Of a DNA stretch of 64,000 nucleotides, positions 50,766 to 64,000 are shown in pieces (positions within the stretch are counted from its first letter, which is position 1; every line of letters starts with the position of its first letter). The position numbers and the translations under genes are program-made. This stretch comes from Raillietiella orientalis (Eukaryota): the NCBI GenBank assembly GCA_036172245.1, contig JAYWIR010000008.1, positions 1-64,000 on the forward strand, in the 5' to 3' direction. The notes beneath the pieces are model-generated. The model searched no databases, was not told where the DNA came from, and saw nothing but the letters and a program-made list of their open reading frames with translations.

Positions 50766-53700
50766 GTCCTAGGCCAATAGTAACGATCTCCTGGCCTCCG
50801 GCCGGTCTCCTTGGGGACTTATGCGCAGCAGGCACCAGTCAGCACCTGATGAAAAAAGAGGAGGTGGGGAGATTACCAGAACTATGCAAAGGGGGGAAGG
50901 GATAGAAGAGCCCATTCCCCAGTTCTGTTTTTTCTGGATCCTCTCCCAACTCTCCACGAAGAGAGGACCTCCTGCAGCATTTCTTTGTCCGAGACGGACT
51001 TTCGGCGGACACTGTAGTGACGATCCTGTGCTCCTCATCCGCTGTTCGCCTGGCAACAGGATAGAACCCTGCCAACGGGAGAGAGAGGCCGTCCACTAGC
51101 CATCTCCATGCTGTGGAGAGTGACAGCGCGGCCCCGTTCAGAATGACACAGCAAGGGAGCACGTTGGTCCCACTGTGCGAGAAGCATGGGTCTGAAGGGC
51201 AAGATCCCAACCGCCCCTTCCTCACACTTCATTACTCGTTCCTATTTGACTGGAATCTTCTTCCCTTCCCACTCAGGTCTCTTCCACTTGTAGGATCCGC
51301 ATCAACGACTCACACAAGCAGAACCACATAGTCCGCGAATCGCCCTATCGAACCGCCGCGACAATCAAAATGGCGGTGACCTCTCCCCTTTGGTCTGTAG
51401 GTGGTCACGCTGCACCTACCTAAGTAGTTTGTCTTCTGGATTAAGGTGGTATCGTCTTATTGAACTGTTCATCATGAAGTATTCAAACCAAGCATAATTA
51501 TTATTATTTCGTGGACGTTCGAATTTCGAAGAATGCATCAAGAAGGACTGTAGTTTCCCTACCGAAAATCAGGTGGTACTTTGGGAAAACATTTTCAGGT
51601 GAGGCTTAAGGCTTGCTTAGAGAGATCTTCATGTATCATCTAAAAACGAATGCTAGGAGAAAAAGTTCCATAAGGTTGCAAGCTAAAAGGAATGCATGGT
51701 CTCGAATGTGATGCAGAGGATTTTTCATATTTGAGGATGTCGGCTTTACCCCGAAAGTGCAACACGAAACTGCAGGTGATTTGAACGCTGCTGATAAGCA
51801 AAACCCGGAGACCCATCTTCATGAAGGAAAGAACACCGACTGGCGAAAACGGCGCCGTTCAGGAGCTCACGCTAATCCGAGGAACCGGACAGCACCACGG
51901 GTGCATTCTTCTTACATGAGGCATTGCATCTCATCCATCTAAAGAGATAGTGCGGCTGTGAGGCAGTTTCGCAGACAGAATCTGTTCAATGCTCCATTCC
52001 AGAGAAAAAAAGCCCCAGTGCCTTGCCTGAAGTAGAGCTAACGTAAGGCTTTGTGAGTGGATGTATGCAGCACTGTCGATAAGTAAGCACAACACTCATC
52101 TTCTGAAGATCATTTTTTATCGGTAATTGGATTTCCTAGGAAGAATGTTTCAGTGTTTGGGAAAACGAGGAATTCTAAGATTCCCACGGTAATTCCAGAA
52201 CCCTTATAGGACTCTGTTTAAAGTTATGCATTGGTAAAAATGCGAACGAAGATTCAAGAAATATGTAAATGAGAAAATCAATTTAGTATTTGCTTAATTA
52301 TCCACACAGGAATGCAGTGGACGAACAAAGAAAGAAAGAAAGAAAAGAATAAGAATAAGAAAGGATGCATATCCTGTTTAAAACTTCAATGACGTATTTC
52401 TAGCTAGAAATCAACTGAAGATTCGTGATAATGCCTCTAGAATTTCCTCGAATGAGAGAAGCCAAGATTCCACTGAAAACTAATTTGTAGAAATGCCATT
52501 AGGGTAATCTATTTTTGGTGATTGCATAACTAATCGTGTTTTCTGATAAAAACAAGCAAAAACTGAAAAAAGGAAATTCAATTCAACCGTAGGGGTGCTT
52601 TATATCAAATAGACGCCAAAGCAAGTAACCCTTAAAACTCTGTTATGTTCTTCATAGAATAGGATGACCCTTCACAATTTGGCAAGTGTAGTCGTGCATG
52701 TTTTGTTTTTTTTTAAAAAAAGAAAACAGTGAAGGAGTCATTGAGCACAATCTTTTGGAATAAATCCAATCTTCACAATCTTTCCTTCTTTAAAGATTCT
52801 TCACTCTTTTCGGAATTTGATCCCAAACGTTTTTGTTCCTTTAAAAGAAAAATCACTATAACCTACGTGAAAAATGGGTCATATTGACGTTTTATTAACC
52901 GGGACTGCCTACGTTCGGTTCACTTGTGTTGGGTAAGAGAAGCCAACATGGGAACCTGGCATTCGAAAAGAAGTGTTCCGATATAAAAACAATTATGAGA
53001 TTATGGGTGTATTATGTAAACTAGTTGGATGAAAGACAAATTGAAAAATTCATGTTTCCTATATTTTCCTTCGTATTCAAATTTGAACTTTCAACGTCTT
53101 TACGTTATGAACTTGTGGGATTCGAAGTTCGTTTCTGAGAAATCCTGCAAAAGTAAATCACAGATGTTTAAGAAAGAGTCCATATTTCAGCAAAACAGAG
53201 TGTAGAATTAATGGGAGTATGACATCCTGGCACTTTTAAGCTTCCTTAAAAAACAAAAAAGAAAAACAATCAGTCACCTTATTGTTTGCAATTTAAGCAT
53301 GGAAAAAATATGAGTCTCTATTATTGTTCTTCATTAATCCCATCATATTCAAAAGAATGAATTTAGCCTTTTAAAAATTCTACTTTGAATTGAATTTACC
53401 TAATAAACTACTATAAGTGAATACGTGATGATGTGTTTTATTTATTGAAGTTGTATTCAATTATGACTATTACTTACAAAAATGTTTTATATGGATTACT
53501 TTGATGGATATTTTAGATGGACTATAAGTTTTCCGTGTACACGAATTAAGAACTCTTGATGTAGGAGTAAGTCGTCTTGATTTCCGGTAAAGTGTATTCA
53601 TTTTTTTTTTTTTTTTGTTATTGTTGTCATCTGAAGAAACGTTTTTTGTATCCAATGAATTAAGTTTGTAATAAAGAAATGACTTGAGTTTTTGTTTCCG

Positions 53701-54247
53701 ATCCGATGTATGACTTTAAATACATTTCTATTAGTGATTTATTGTTTGTTTATCAATTTCCTCCCTCTTGAATTGACTCGTATAATATAAAAGTATAAAT
53801 TAAGGTTCCACACAATTTTCAACACTATTTCACTATTTTCGTTTGTTCTTTAATTTGCTTGAAAAATTCGTTCAAAATTATTTTAAGTTCATAGATGGTT
53901 CTTTGTTTATGATTTCTCTTTAATTCATATGAAATTTGAAAATCAATGAGATTTATTACATCACGCTTTTAGAGTAAAGTATGCTGTGCACCCTGTGAGT
54001 GCCGATTTAAATACTTGACCACAGTAAAGATTTGAATGCGGAAGCATGACTGGAGTCCATTCGCTGTATCTAATTCACCTTTGGTAATGATTTTTATCCC
54101 TAGTCTACCAGGCTGCCAACTTTCGTATGTTTTGAAGATTCTTCGGTTTTTTTTCGATTTTCCTTTTCTGTTATTTTTTTTTAGAATTTACCGTATGATG
54201 TGATTAAAGAATTTCGACATTTCAAAGAAGGAATTTGAAGTCTTGAA

Positions 54248-57200
54248 ATGCCTTCTTTAACGGGAACAAGTCAGTCAGAATCTCTTGAGATTGCCTCACA
54301 AATACTGGGAAAGTATATCAACAATGAGAAAAATTATCCTACCCTACTCAGTCAGTTAAAAATAAGTGGAGGTGAGTTTATTTTAAAATACATAGATTGA
54401 GTGCCTGTAAATTCAAGTTCTCCGACTGTCTGATGCTCAAGTTGCTAGTTGTAACAAAAAATGCTATCAGATAAAAAGTAAAAACATTGAGTTAAAAAGA
54501 TAAAAAAACTTCAGAGGAACAAATCGAAAATTTGATATTTTGGAAAGTAAAGCCCTTGGAGTAAAGGATAATTTTTAGTATAAAGTTATAACTTACCAGA
54601 GAACAGAACAACAAAACAAAAACAGCCAAATGATGAATTAAAAAAAAGCTTAGAAACCATCTCTTTCAAATGATTGTTGTTTGAACAGTTGCAGTTTTTA
54701 AAAGTCTTTGTAAGTTTTCAAAAGTGGCAACATTTTGGGGATTTTGGAGTTACATTGAGCAAGGAATTTTCATAGATACAGTACATTCTGAACATTCTTA
54801 GAACCACACACGTTATTTGTTTTCTCCATTAGTTATAAAATATGTATTCAAAGAAGGTATTTCATATTCTGAAAGTCAGACTGCCAAAAAATAAGTAGGT
54901 AAGATATGATTAGTAGGCACAAATCTATTGTTGAAATTGCAATTACATGTATGCAGTTAAAAAGTAAATACAAGGAATAATTAAGCAGGATTAGGTAGAT
55001 TGAATGATACAAACATGAACAAGATTGGTTCCAAAGAACAAATGTTGGGCACTTTTCTTTTTGCCTCTGTATCACAATTATGATGTTTGGTCTGGTTAAG
55101 TGTTTTTCCATCAAGGATGAATAGTGTGAGATTTCATTGCCGTATTTTTAATAAAATTTAATCCTTCATGCTTCAAAATTTAGTGGTTTATAAGCAAAGT
55201 AATGGTTTCTTCAGGAAACATCACATTTGTTTCATATACAATGAGTGAGCATTGAGAATGTCCATATTATTACAGATGTTGAAAGTTATTTATCAACAAA
55301 TCTTATAAAAATATCTTTTGAGCTTTAGTTCTAATGGCTGTTAACAAAGTAAACTGGCTTTAGCATAAATTATTTGGAAAAATGATACAAGCAAGAAGTG
55401 AAATCTAATGTGAAAGACAACATGGCTGCTGTGCATTGTGTTTTGCATAAGATTCAAAAGCAATCTAAGCATTCATTCATCACTTTACTATGTAAGGTTA
55501 CACATATATGTATAGGACATTTCCTGGATTTAATCTAGTGCACATGTGTCAGTGAAAGATTACCTGAAGTTGAGAGAGAGTAATCAACAAAAGGCAATTT
55601 CGTTTGAAATTGTAGTATAGTCTTGTCTAAAGAGAAACAAGAGCTTTAAAATTGACATTTAACATCACACAACTTAAATGCTTAAATAAGTCCTAAGTAA
55701 TAATTAATTAATAATCCAGTGAAAATCCTAATTCAGCATGTTTTCTTAAATCAGTATATTTTATGTTTGCTTTTTGAAGTTTAAAGATGTTATTTGTGTG
55801 CAATTAGTTGATATGTTTGCTGTTGTCAATTATTTACCAATATTGCTCTTGTTACTCCATAAATATGATAGCTATAATAACTGCTCTCATTTGCACTTCA
55901 TAGCAGAACTTTAAAGTTAGGGATCCTAAAATTTTATCACATAGTTTAATCAATTTTCATTTCTTTTTGAGGTTTCCTTGTAAATGGACTAATGGAATGT
56001 ATTGACTTTCATTTAATTACAGAAGTGATTCATTGTTGATGTTGCATATCAATGAGAAATGAAAATTGAAGATTCAAACAAAATAAATTGATGAATGCCT
56101 CCATTATGATTCATAATGTTAATTTATTTCTAAAAGCAGGGAAAAAGAGATGTAATATTGATGTTAAAGTTGATGATAGCTGTAGACATTTTATCAAATT
56201 CAAAATTGTAGATGAGCCTAATTCTTGAGTAAACCTTGCAGAGATCAGCTGTAAACTTTCTTTTATATAAGAGTAAAAATACGAGATAATTCACCAACTA
56301 TTGCTTAATGTACTTATTGCTTGTTGTTAATATTTGTAAATGCTTTCAAAAAATTGAACAGTAAAATTGTAAGCATATGTGCAATTTTACTGTTCAATAT
56401 GTTGGCCTAATAAGCAGCTTGTTTCTCTAGGAAGAGTAGATTTACCATTGTCAGAGGAGTCTAAAATGACTAATTATCTTTAAATGTCCAATTAATCAAA
56501 AAATTATATGTTTTCTTGATTTATTGGGAAGATTTGTTGCCACCATGAAGCTACAAGTATGTGAGGAAGTTACTTTTTGTGTATGTTTTTGTTGACTGTT
56601 CCTCAAAATGGGAATTAAGCATTAATTAAATAGTATTGTGTGTGTGTTTTTCATGAAATTAGAGTTTATATTACATAATCAGATGTATTATTTGTAAAAC
56701 AAAAATTGAGTTTCATGTTTTTATTGAGAAATTGGTTAATGCATGTTAATTTTCTAACTTAGAGGGAACATCAGTGAGTGGTTTGCATGAAGCAGACTAT
56801 CCAAACCTTTCGTTGCAAGATATTGGTCTAGCTGGATTGAAACATATATATGAAGAAAAAATAACACCAATACCAGCAGTTCTAATAGAACATCTTGGAA
56901 GTATCCTTTGCAAGCAACAAGGATTTAATTTTTGTGATTCATTAATAATGTGATAGGTCTTGTTTTATGTTTTATTTCAATAACGGATTATTCAATCACT
57001 ACACACCAAAGCAATCCATGGAGGCATTACATGATGGTTATTTTAGATTCAATTATTTAGGGATCCTTTTGAAATGTAAAAGCTGTTTACTTCATGTAAA
57101 TTACAATGAAAAGAAAAAATGTGCATATCTGGGTGTTTATAAACACAGATTTATCATTATTGCTTGCAAACTTTTGAAAGTCATATGACTAAGTCATCGA

Positions 57201-60200
57201 TATAGACTTGTTTAGTAGGTTTGGAAAACAGTATGATTTTCCATTTCTATTAGTTTTCAGATTTTGTAACCTCCATTAGTACCTTTCGACATAAAAAAAA
57301 ATTTTTTTTTTTAGATATCCTTCATGATCTTATTCACTAATCTAATTGTGTGTTAATGAAATCCAAAAATTGTACTTTCATCAGTTACTTTGGTTATTCA
57401 CATAATCAGCGCAAATGAAATTACCCTTAATTGAGAATTCACTTTAACACTTTTAAGAAATTCTCAGTAAAATTGTTGAAAGCAATTAGGCTGAATTATT
57501 TTCATGAAAGTAATGTTTGCTTATTTAATTTTTGCAATTTTTTTTGTGAAGCCAACCTTTTTATTATTCTTAATCACATTAAGATATGCAGTGCAATTGT
57601 ATGCTTGGAATTTTTCCTGAAATTGGTCGAGCTTGGTTAACAGTAGATAGTGATGTTTATCTATGGACATATGAGCATGGGTAAGATTGATTTGATTACA
57701 TATGTTGATGGGAAAATATGTATCGATTTATTTCATTTTTATGTTAATTAAATTCGGTCTTCAGTGTTATTTTTATCCTCTTCCCTTAAATTCAATTGTA
57801 ACTGTTAGTTTTTAGATGCTTAAGAATTCCCTTTCAAATTGTATGTTTATGTTCTTTTTGATACTAATGTGATCATTGAATATTTTTGTTTTATGTGTAT
57901 TCTTTATGATTGTGCTTTATTTGAATATAAAATGGATTTGAACTTGCTGTTCACTGTTAATATAGAATAGAATTTAATGAGTTTAATCATTTCGGTAAAG
58001 CATGCATATAGATTTTTGAAAAGTTTGGACAAACTTATGAGCTCAGAGGATATATGAATTATGTAAGTCCCTTTTAGATCGTAAACTTTGCAGAAAATTA
58101 TTGTTTCCCCTTGCCTACAGTCTTTAATCGGAACTTAAATAATATGGTGCTACTATATTGAAGGATAAATACTGCAGTGAACAAATTTTGTATTGAACAT
58201 TGTGAATTGTGAATATAAGGTCAAACTTGAGTAATTATAAAATTAATAAATGAATTACTGTTTGTTATTTTAAACAAAGAATAAGATTTTGATGTCGCAA
58301 ATTTTCCGATTCATAAAGTAAATACGTTTATTTAAATGGAAACCAGCATCTGTGTTGCAATTGTAATAATATTTCAATTCATCAGCAAATATGATCTGTG
58401 TAAGTAATCTGGATTATCATAAATTTAAGTGGAGATTTGGCGTATTTCGATGGTCTTCATGAAGTTATATTGAGCATCGCCCTAGTGAAGCCCAAAGCCA
58501 AAATTTTCCAAAGCCATGTAAAGTATCTTCTGTGTATTGCAACTCCTCTTGAAATTGTTGTCCTTGGAGTTAGTTTTTCCGTTTCTGTTTGTAAGTAAAA
58601 ATATTATTTTAGAATATACAGTAATATTTATTTTAGCTAACGTAGAAGAGTACAATGAAATGCATTTGCTTCCAGAACCACTTTATTGCCTTTCCTCTGA
58701 TGGTGCTCATATTACAGCCATTGTGGGTACTACTAATGGAAGGATATTTATGGGTGCCAGAGGTGGATGCTTGTATGAACTTGCATATCAGGTAATCAAA
58801 ATCAAAAATCTTATGATAATTTGATGTTGCTATGCATGTATCTGTTAAGATTCAAGGGATCCTCACTTTAAAGATTTATTAAATTAGCATTCTTTTGTTT
58901 AGAATGAATTTTAATGATTTTATGAAAGTGTATTTATTTACTGTAACAAGTTGCATTGTATTTCACTTAATTACTATTTCATTTCGTCTTCGAAAATATT
59001 TTATAAAAGCATATACAAATTGCAAGCCGTATCTGATTTGGGATTCATTCAGATGTCCATTGCAATTTACTACCTTTCTTGTTTGATAAAACTTTTTTTT
59101 TTTTTTTTTTTTTTCTTCTATTCCTTTGTGAATTAGCATTTGATATTCTTCTCTTTCATTCCTGTTTGGATTCATGCTTTTCTGTTTGCATCCTTTACTG
59201 GACTCATAATGAATAGGAGCAACCAAATGGTGACTTATAACTTTTGCAAATTGAATATTTTTTTTCTGGCCGAAAAATATCTTAGTATGATGCTTAGAAT
59301 GTGATCTAATACACTGAGGTTGCTTTTAAAGTAGTCAAACGAGCTAACGATATCTTGAGTCTTTGTGATATAATACTATTGAGTGTTTGTTTTAACTAGA
59401 GAGGGAATGAATTTCTCGAGATCGACTGCTCATATATTGCTGCTCATATTTTCCAACAAATTATTTTGGAGCACCTTCGATTTGAACATAATTTTTTTGT
59501 GTTTCGTTTATTTCATTCAGTCGGACTTGTGTTTGCATTTTTCATTGTTCAATTATTCAGTTACAGTTTTTCTTTTCATAGTGTTTTGGAAAGTTGTTTG
59601 GATGTATATCTTATGAAACTATGTCAAAGTTTTCTGATTTGGCAGGCATGTGATGGATGGTTAACCAAAAAGTGCCATATAATCAATCACTCAAGTAATT
59701 TGCTGTCTTCATTTGTGCCATCATTTTTAAATTTTGCCTTCACCAATGAGGATGGAATTATCCAAATTACCATAGATGATTCAAGAAATATTCTGTACAC
59801 TTGCAGTGAGAAAAGTACAATTAGAGTATTTGATTTGGGTGCTGATGGAAATAGCATCAGAAAAGTTTGTTATTTGAATCAAAGCAACATACTGCAGCAT
59901 GCCATGACCATTACAAGGTATGTCATTGGGGTTGTTGTAAATTTCTTGGAATAATTTCAAGATCAACCTTGGAACTTTAACTGCTAACCTGTAGTTTTTG
60001 TTAATTTCTAAGCCTTGAAAAAATTAATGAGAGCAATAATGGCTATGAACTTATGATTAATTTGTGCCTGTGATTAAAAATGATTATTTTAAAGCTGTTT
60101 GAGTTTTTTATTTATTTTCTTAAAAACTTGGACATTCATTCTACAATTACTTTAATGTTTTTATTTTAGAAATATTGAAAGAACACACTTAAAGAACATA

Positions 60201-63200
60201 ATTAACATTTCGCCAATCAATAAAAATGAATCAGATTATTTGCATTTAGTTGCTGTAACAGAAAGTGGAGTTCGCATGTATTTTACAACAACAAGTCCAT
60301 CTGATCCCTTGAGTAGACCTAGAGCTTTAAAATTGCTCCACATTAGACTACCTCCTGGGTTTTCTGCTACTTCATTTTCCTCAATCCCAAGGAATGTGCA
60401 TTTGGCTTATGTTAAGAAAGGTAAAATTTGGTTAATCTTGAGTGATATCTTTAATTTATTGTTAGATAAACTGCGATTAGAGTATTCAACTACTGATGAT
60501 TACATTGCTGTTGTGCTCTTGATGTATGTTAACCAAAGTTTTTATGAACTTTATATTTTTTTAGGTACTACCCTTATAGCTTCTTCAGACTCTGGTGATA
60601 TAGATCACTTGTTGGTGCTTAACAATTCTTTGTTTTCTTTGTACCCTTCTCTGATGGAAGTTCAGACTGCCTTGAATTTAGATGGCAAAGTATGGGCTAT
60701 TGCAGAGGAATCTCACTTGGCATTTATGCATCCAACTGATGGTGTTATTGAGCAGGATTCTCTTGCTACCCCATTACAAAATAGGGAACTGCCAAGGAGA
60801 ATTGTGCTTATGACCACACAGGTGTGTTGGGTTTGTCTTCATTCAGAGCTTCAATACTTTCTTGGCTGTTTCAGGGTATTATGATTTTAAGGGTTCCAAG
60901 ACCTGTTGATATATTTCAAAGCTTGCTAGAGCATTCTGATAGAACCAGTGATGAGATGATAAAATCATTTTTTCGCCTTACCCATCCTGATGAAGCATGC
61001 ATGATGTGCTTGATGGTTGCCTGTTCATCAAATTTGAAGAAATTAATGGTATTCTGATGTATCGAATTTTCCTTTTTTCCCTAAATTTCAGTTGTTATTT
61101 TGCTTGTAAAAGGCATCTATAATCTTGTTGAACTTCATCTGCAGTTAAACTTAAGGATGTATGTAACGTAATGTTTTTTTAAAGCTTTCAGAGAAAGCAA
61201 CACGGGCTTTTTTTTTGTATGGAGGAGAACCTCAACCCCTAACTGATCATCCATCATCCAAATCTGATGTTGTTATGTCTCCACAGCATACTACAACCCC
61301 TCTTGGTAAGTTTACGGAAATTTGCAAGAGCTCTGTTACATTAGTAGTCATTAACTATTACTTTCTTTGTTGGTTTTTTTGAGTAACCATTTTTTAATAA
61401 TTTTTCATTATATATAATTGTGGATTTTCTTGTATCTGTTGTCAATGGATTAACAGCAGTCAATTGTTTTGTTTCGAATAATTGCAGCTGCTGTAATTAG
61501 GTGTTTGCGAAAATTTAGGAAACTTTTGTTTTATGATATTATACGAAATACAATGAACTAATAGTTTTGATATTGAAAGCGATCTTTATATATTATAGCA
61601 TTTATTATTATAGCATTTATTATTATAGCATTTTTAATGTCAAAACCATTAGCTCAGAAAACTGATTTTTTATTGCATTTAATAAAAGCTTATCCAAGCA
61701 AACTAAATACACCATATATTGCTACATCAGTTATGTTTACATCAGAAAATCATGGTTTATCATACCTGTTCATGATTTTCATTTAATAAGCAACAAATTG
61801 AATGTTTGCATATGTTGCTTGTGTTTTCATAGGTAGCACAAAACTATTTGTCATTAACATAGCTCATCTACAAGGGAAATTTCTAGTGGTTAAATGTAAA
61901 CGTTTTTGATATCACTGGTCATTAATTAATCCCATACATTTATTGCTTATGTTATTACTTTTCTATCTTTGATGGTTTGAGTTATACTACAATTAAGTTG
62001 CCAATGTTCGAAATTCTTTTATTTATTGATTCCATAAGCAAAAATTATAGACAGAGAAAAGTTTGTAGCCCTTGAATGCAAGTGCTTTTATGTTTTCAGT
62101 CAAGTTTTTGTTTCCTAAGGTTTTACTCCAGTCCAGACTTCAACCCCCCAGCGTGGCTATGCATTGGAGTCATTAGCAAGTCCATGTTTCAAACTTCCTG
62201 GTACTTCTGTAGTTTCTCCTCTACTTGGAATGAAAAATGTGAACCCCGAGAGTTCATGCAGTGTCAATCCATTTGTTCAGTTTTCTTCAAAGCACAATGG
62301 CTTGTATTTGTATTTTTGGCAAATAGTGCGCCCAATCTGGTTTGCAAAATTAGTAGAAACTGTTTATTCATCTCCAACATTTCACCACAGCTATGTAAGT
62401 AACTATCTCATTAAAAACCCTTGATCAACTACAAATTTTCCTAAAAATGCTAGCTTACATGTGTGATCAAAAACGCTGATTTAGCTTGGACTATTGAACA
62501 GCTGCAGTTGCTGAAAGACTTTATGGAGAAACAAGCAAATTTTTTATCTCCTTTAACTTCTGAAAAGTAAGCAATTACTAATAGTAATAGCATTCTTATT
62601 TTATGTAGTATTGACGTAGCACAGCAAAAGTGGAATCAGGAACTGATGCATAATGTTTCCATCCAGTACAAAGCACAATTAACAGAAAGACATTCTGTTC
62701 TAAATTTAAAGCAGTTGCTCGATGTTACCATACAAGTTCTGAGTCTTTGGAAAATGCTATGTGACCACCAGTTTCATATAATTGCCGAGTGCCTGGTAAA
62801 AGTAAGTTTCGTTTGTCTGGATATTAAGCCTGTTTTCATAATTCGTGTAATAACTATTTATAAAGGATGTTTTTATAATTTTTTAGGAAAATTATTTATT
62901 TTCAGCATGGGTTAATGCAATACCTTTTCTTTAGTCTTGCTAGTATTGACAGTGAATCAAAATTTCTCGTAGAAACAATCTGTAAATTAGAAATTAGTGG
63001 GTACATTTTAGCCAGGGGATATTTAAATTGCTTTTCATGAAACACATTTTGGAGGGCATGCTTGTGCAAATTATTTGTTAAATTGTAGTAAAAAAAAATT
63101 TGCATGCTTGTTTTCGGGATTTAGTCTGCAGACTTGAAAAATCTATGTAATTAATTTTTCAATGGAAGTGATGCCTTTCTTGAAATAATTTCGTAAATCG

Positions 63201-64000
63201 CATTTTTTTTTGACTACAAAAATTAAATAAACAGTTGTCAGATTCAAAAAGAAAACTAGCAGAAACCATTCTTAGGATTCCAAATTAAGTTTTTGATTAC
63301 TTTGTGTTGGATATCAACCTACCCAGGTTTTCAGTGTTCAGTGGAATTGCCCATGTAAACAAAATTTCGTAATTTTCTTTTTGTAATTGCAGATGTTAAA
63401 GAACCAATTCAGTTTTCTTGGCACAGCTTATTTCCAAATGCTTAATTAAACATTTTTTGTGGTTATAGTTTCTAAGTATGTTCAATTTTTTTTTATTTTG
63501 GTGATAGGATGGAAGTTACAGCTTAAAATTACAAAGAAAAATTTTTCTATTTTTGTGTAGTTTAAGTCATAATGCTTCCGCTTCTTCTCTCAGATAACTG
63601 TTCTTAATCATCAATGTTTTGTTTTTGTTTTTCAGTGTATGCAAGGTCTTCTTATGTATTCATAAATGTATAATACCATTTCATTACTAACTCCATTGCA
63701 AAATAATGTTTATGCTAGTGATTTTAAGAGATTTCAACTTGAAGTTGACTGTTTTTTGGATGTACTTGTTTGTTATTTTTGTTTTATTTTTTTCTCCTAA
63801 GGATGACTTTTCAGGTCATGTTTAGAGCTGTTCAAAATCCTGAATAGCCACCTGTGTGTGTATTCTGTGTTGATTGTTCTTAATTTTTATATATGATTGT
63901 TGTTGATGTTTACATGGAAGAAAAAGACATTTGTATGTATTTGTTTTATTAGGAAACCCAAAATCAATTGCAAGGAATGCAGTTTGTTGACTTGATTGTT
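54248..64000 (+). CDS. Nup155: Nuclear pore complex protein Nup155, 5' part; exons 54248-54371, 56763-56900, 57584-57680, 58430-58590, 58637-58791, 59646-59917, 60170-60420, 60565-60821, 60875-61048, 61185-61305, 62120-62394, 62454-62566, 62609-62801, 63953->64000
   Basis: The spliced frame is open and matches Nup155 motifs recalled from known sequences: [100 protein letters not shown]. Confidence 0.95.
56353..56398. repeat. Perfect 17-bp inverted repeat in Nup155 intron 1
   Basis: ATTGAACAGTAAAATTG-12nt-CAATTTTACTGTTCAAT. Confidence 0.85.
56901..57583 (+). other. U12-type (minor spliceosome) GT-AG intron in Nup155
   Basis: 5' site GTATCCTTT; branch-like TTCTTAAT at 57567-57574, close to the AG at 57582-57583; no polypyrimidine tract. 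Confidence 0.88.

Noticed and set aside
62..51331. Hundreds of overlapping 60-290 aa ORFs in the ORF track
   Set aside because: They are shadow frames of GC-rich TE fragments, with no recognisable domains beyond those listed.
50769..51370. Possible antisense ORF1/APE remnant after the last terminus
   Set aside because: Similarity is too weak by eye; not counted in the orientation tally. The flank at 30797 was left out for the same reason.
61589..61633. Three copies of a TTATTATAGCAT-like unit in a Nup155 intron
   Set aside because: Ordinary slippage repeat.

Overview
Eukaryotic (metazoan-type) genomic DNA in two very different halves. About 1-51,400 is a GC-rich cluster of scrambled non-LTR retrotransposons of the L1/Tx1 type (ORF1 with CCHC knuckles; ORF2 with APE endonuclease, RT and a C-terminal Zn finger), from at least two 3'UTR subfamilies. 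None is intact. About ten 3' ends share one terminal motif, AATAAACGYCCCGG-N5/6-CCGGGTGA. Where the flank can be read, the element usually sits antisense inside another copy of the same family. Two such insertions have clear target-site duplications (16 and 11 bp), two hit the same RT 'KAFD' position, and one is a 5'-inverted copy whose inversion breakpoint matches its own target sequence. The cluster also holds a ~5.7 kb direct duplication with CUB-like exons, five spliced exons of a pepsin-family protein lacking its second catalytic Asp, a candidate 3-exon secreted-protein gene, five degenerate copies of an unnamed ~0.4-0.8 kb repeat, and a possible decayed viral RdRp. From about 52,000 the DNA is AT-rich and carries the 5' part of a Nup155 gene (14 exons read by hand, running off the window), including a U12-type minor intron. 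All calls come from reading and translating by eye; no searches were run.
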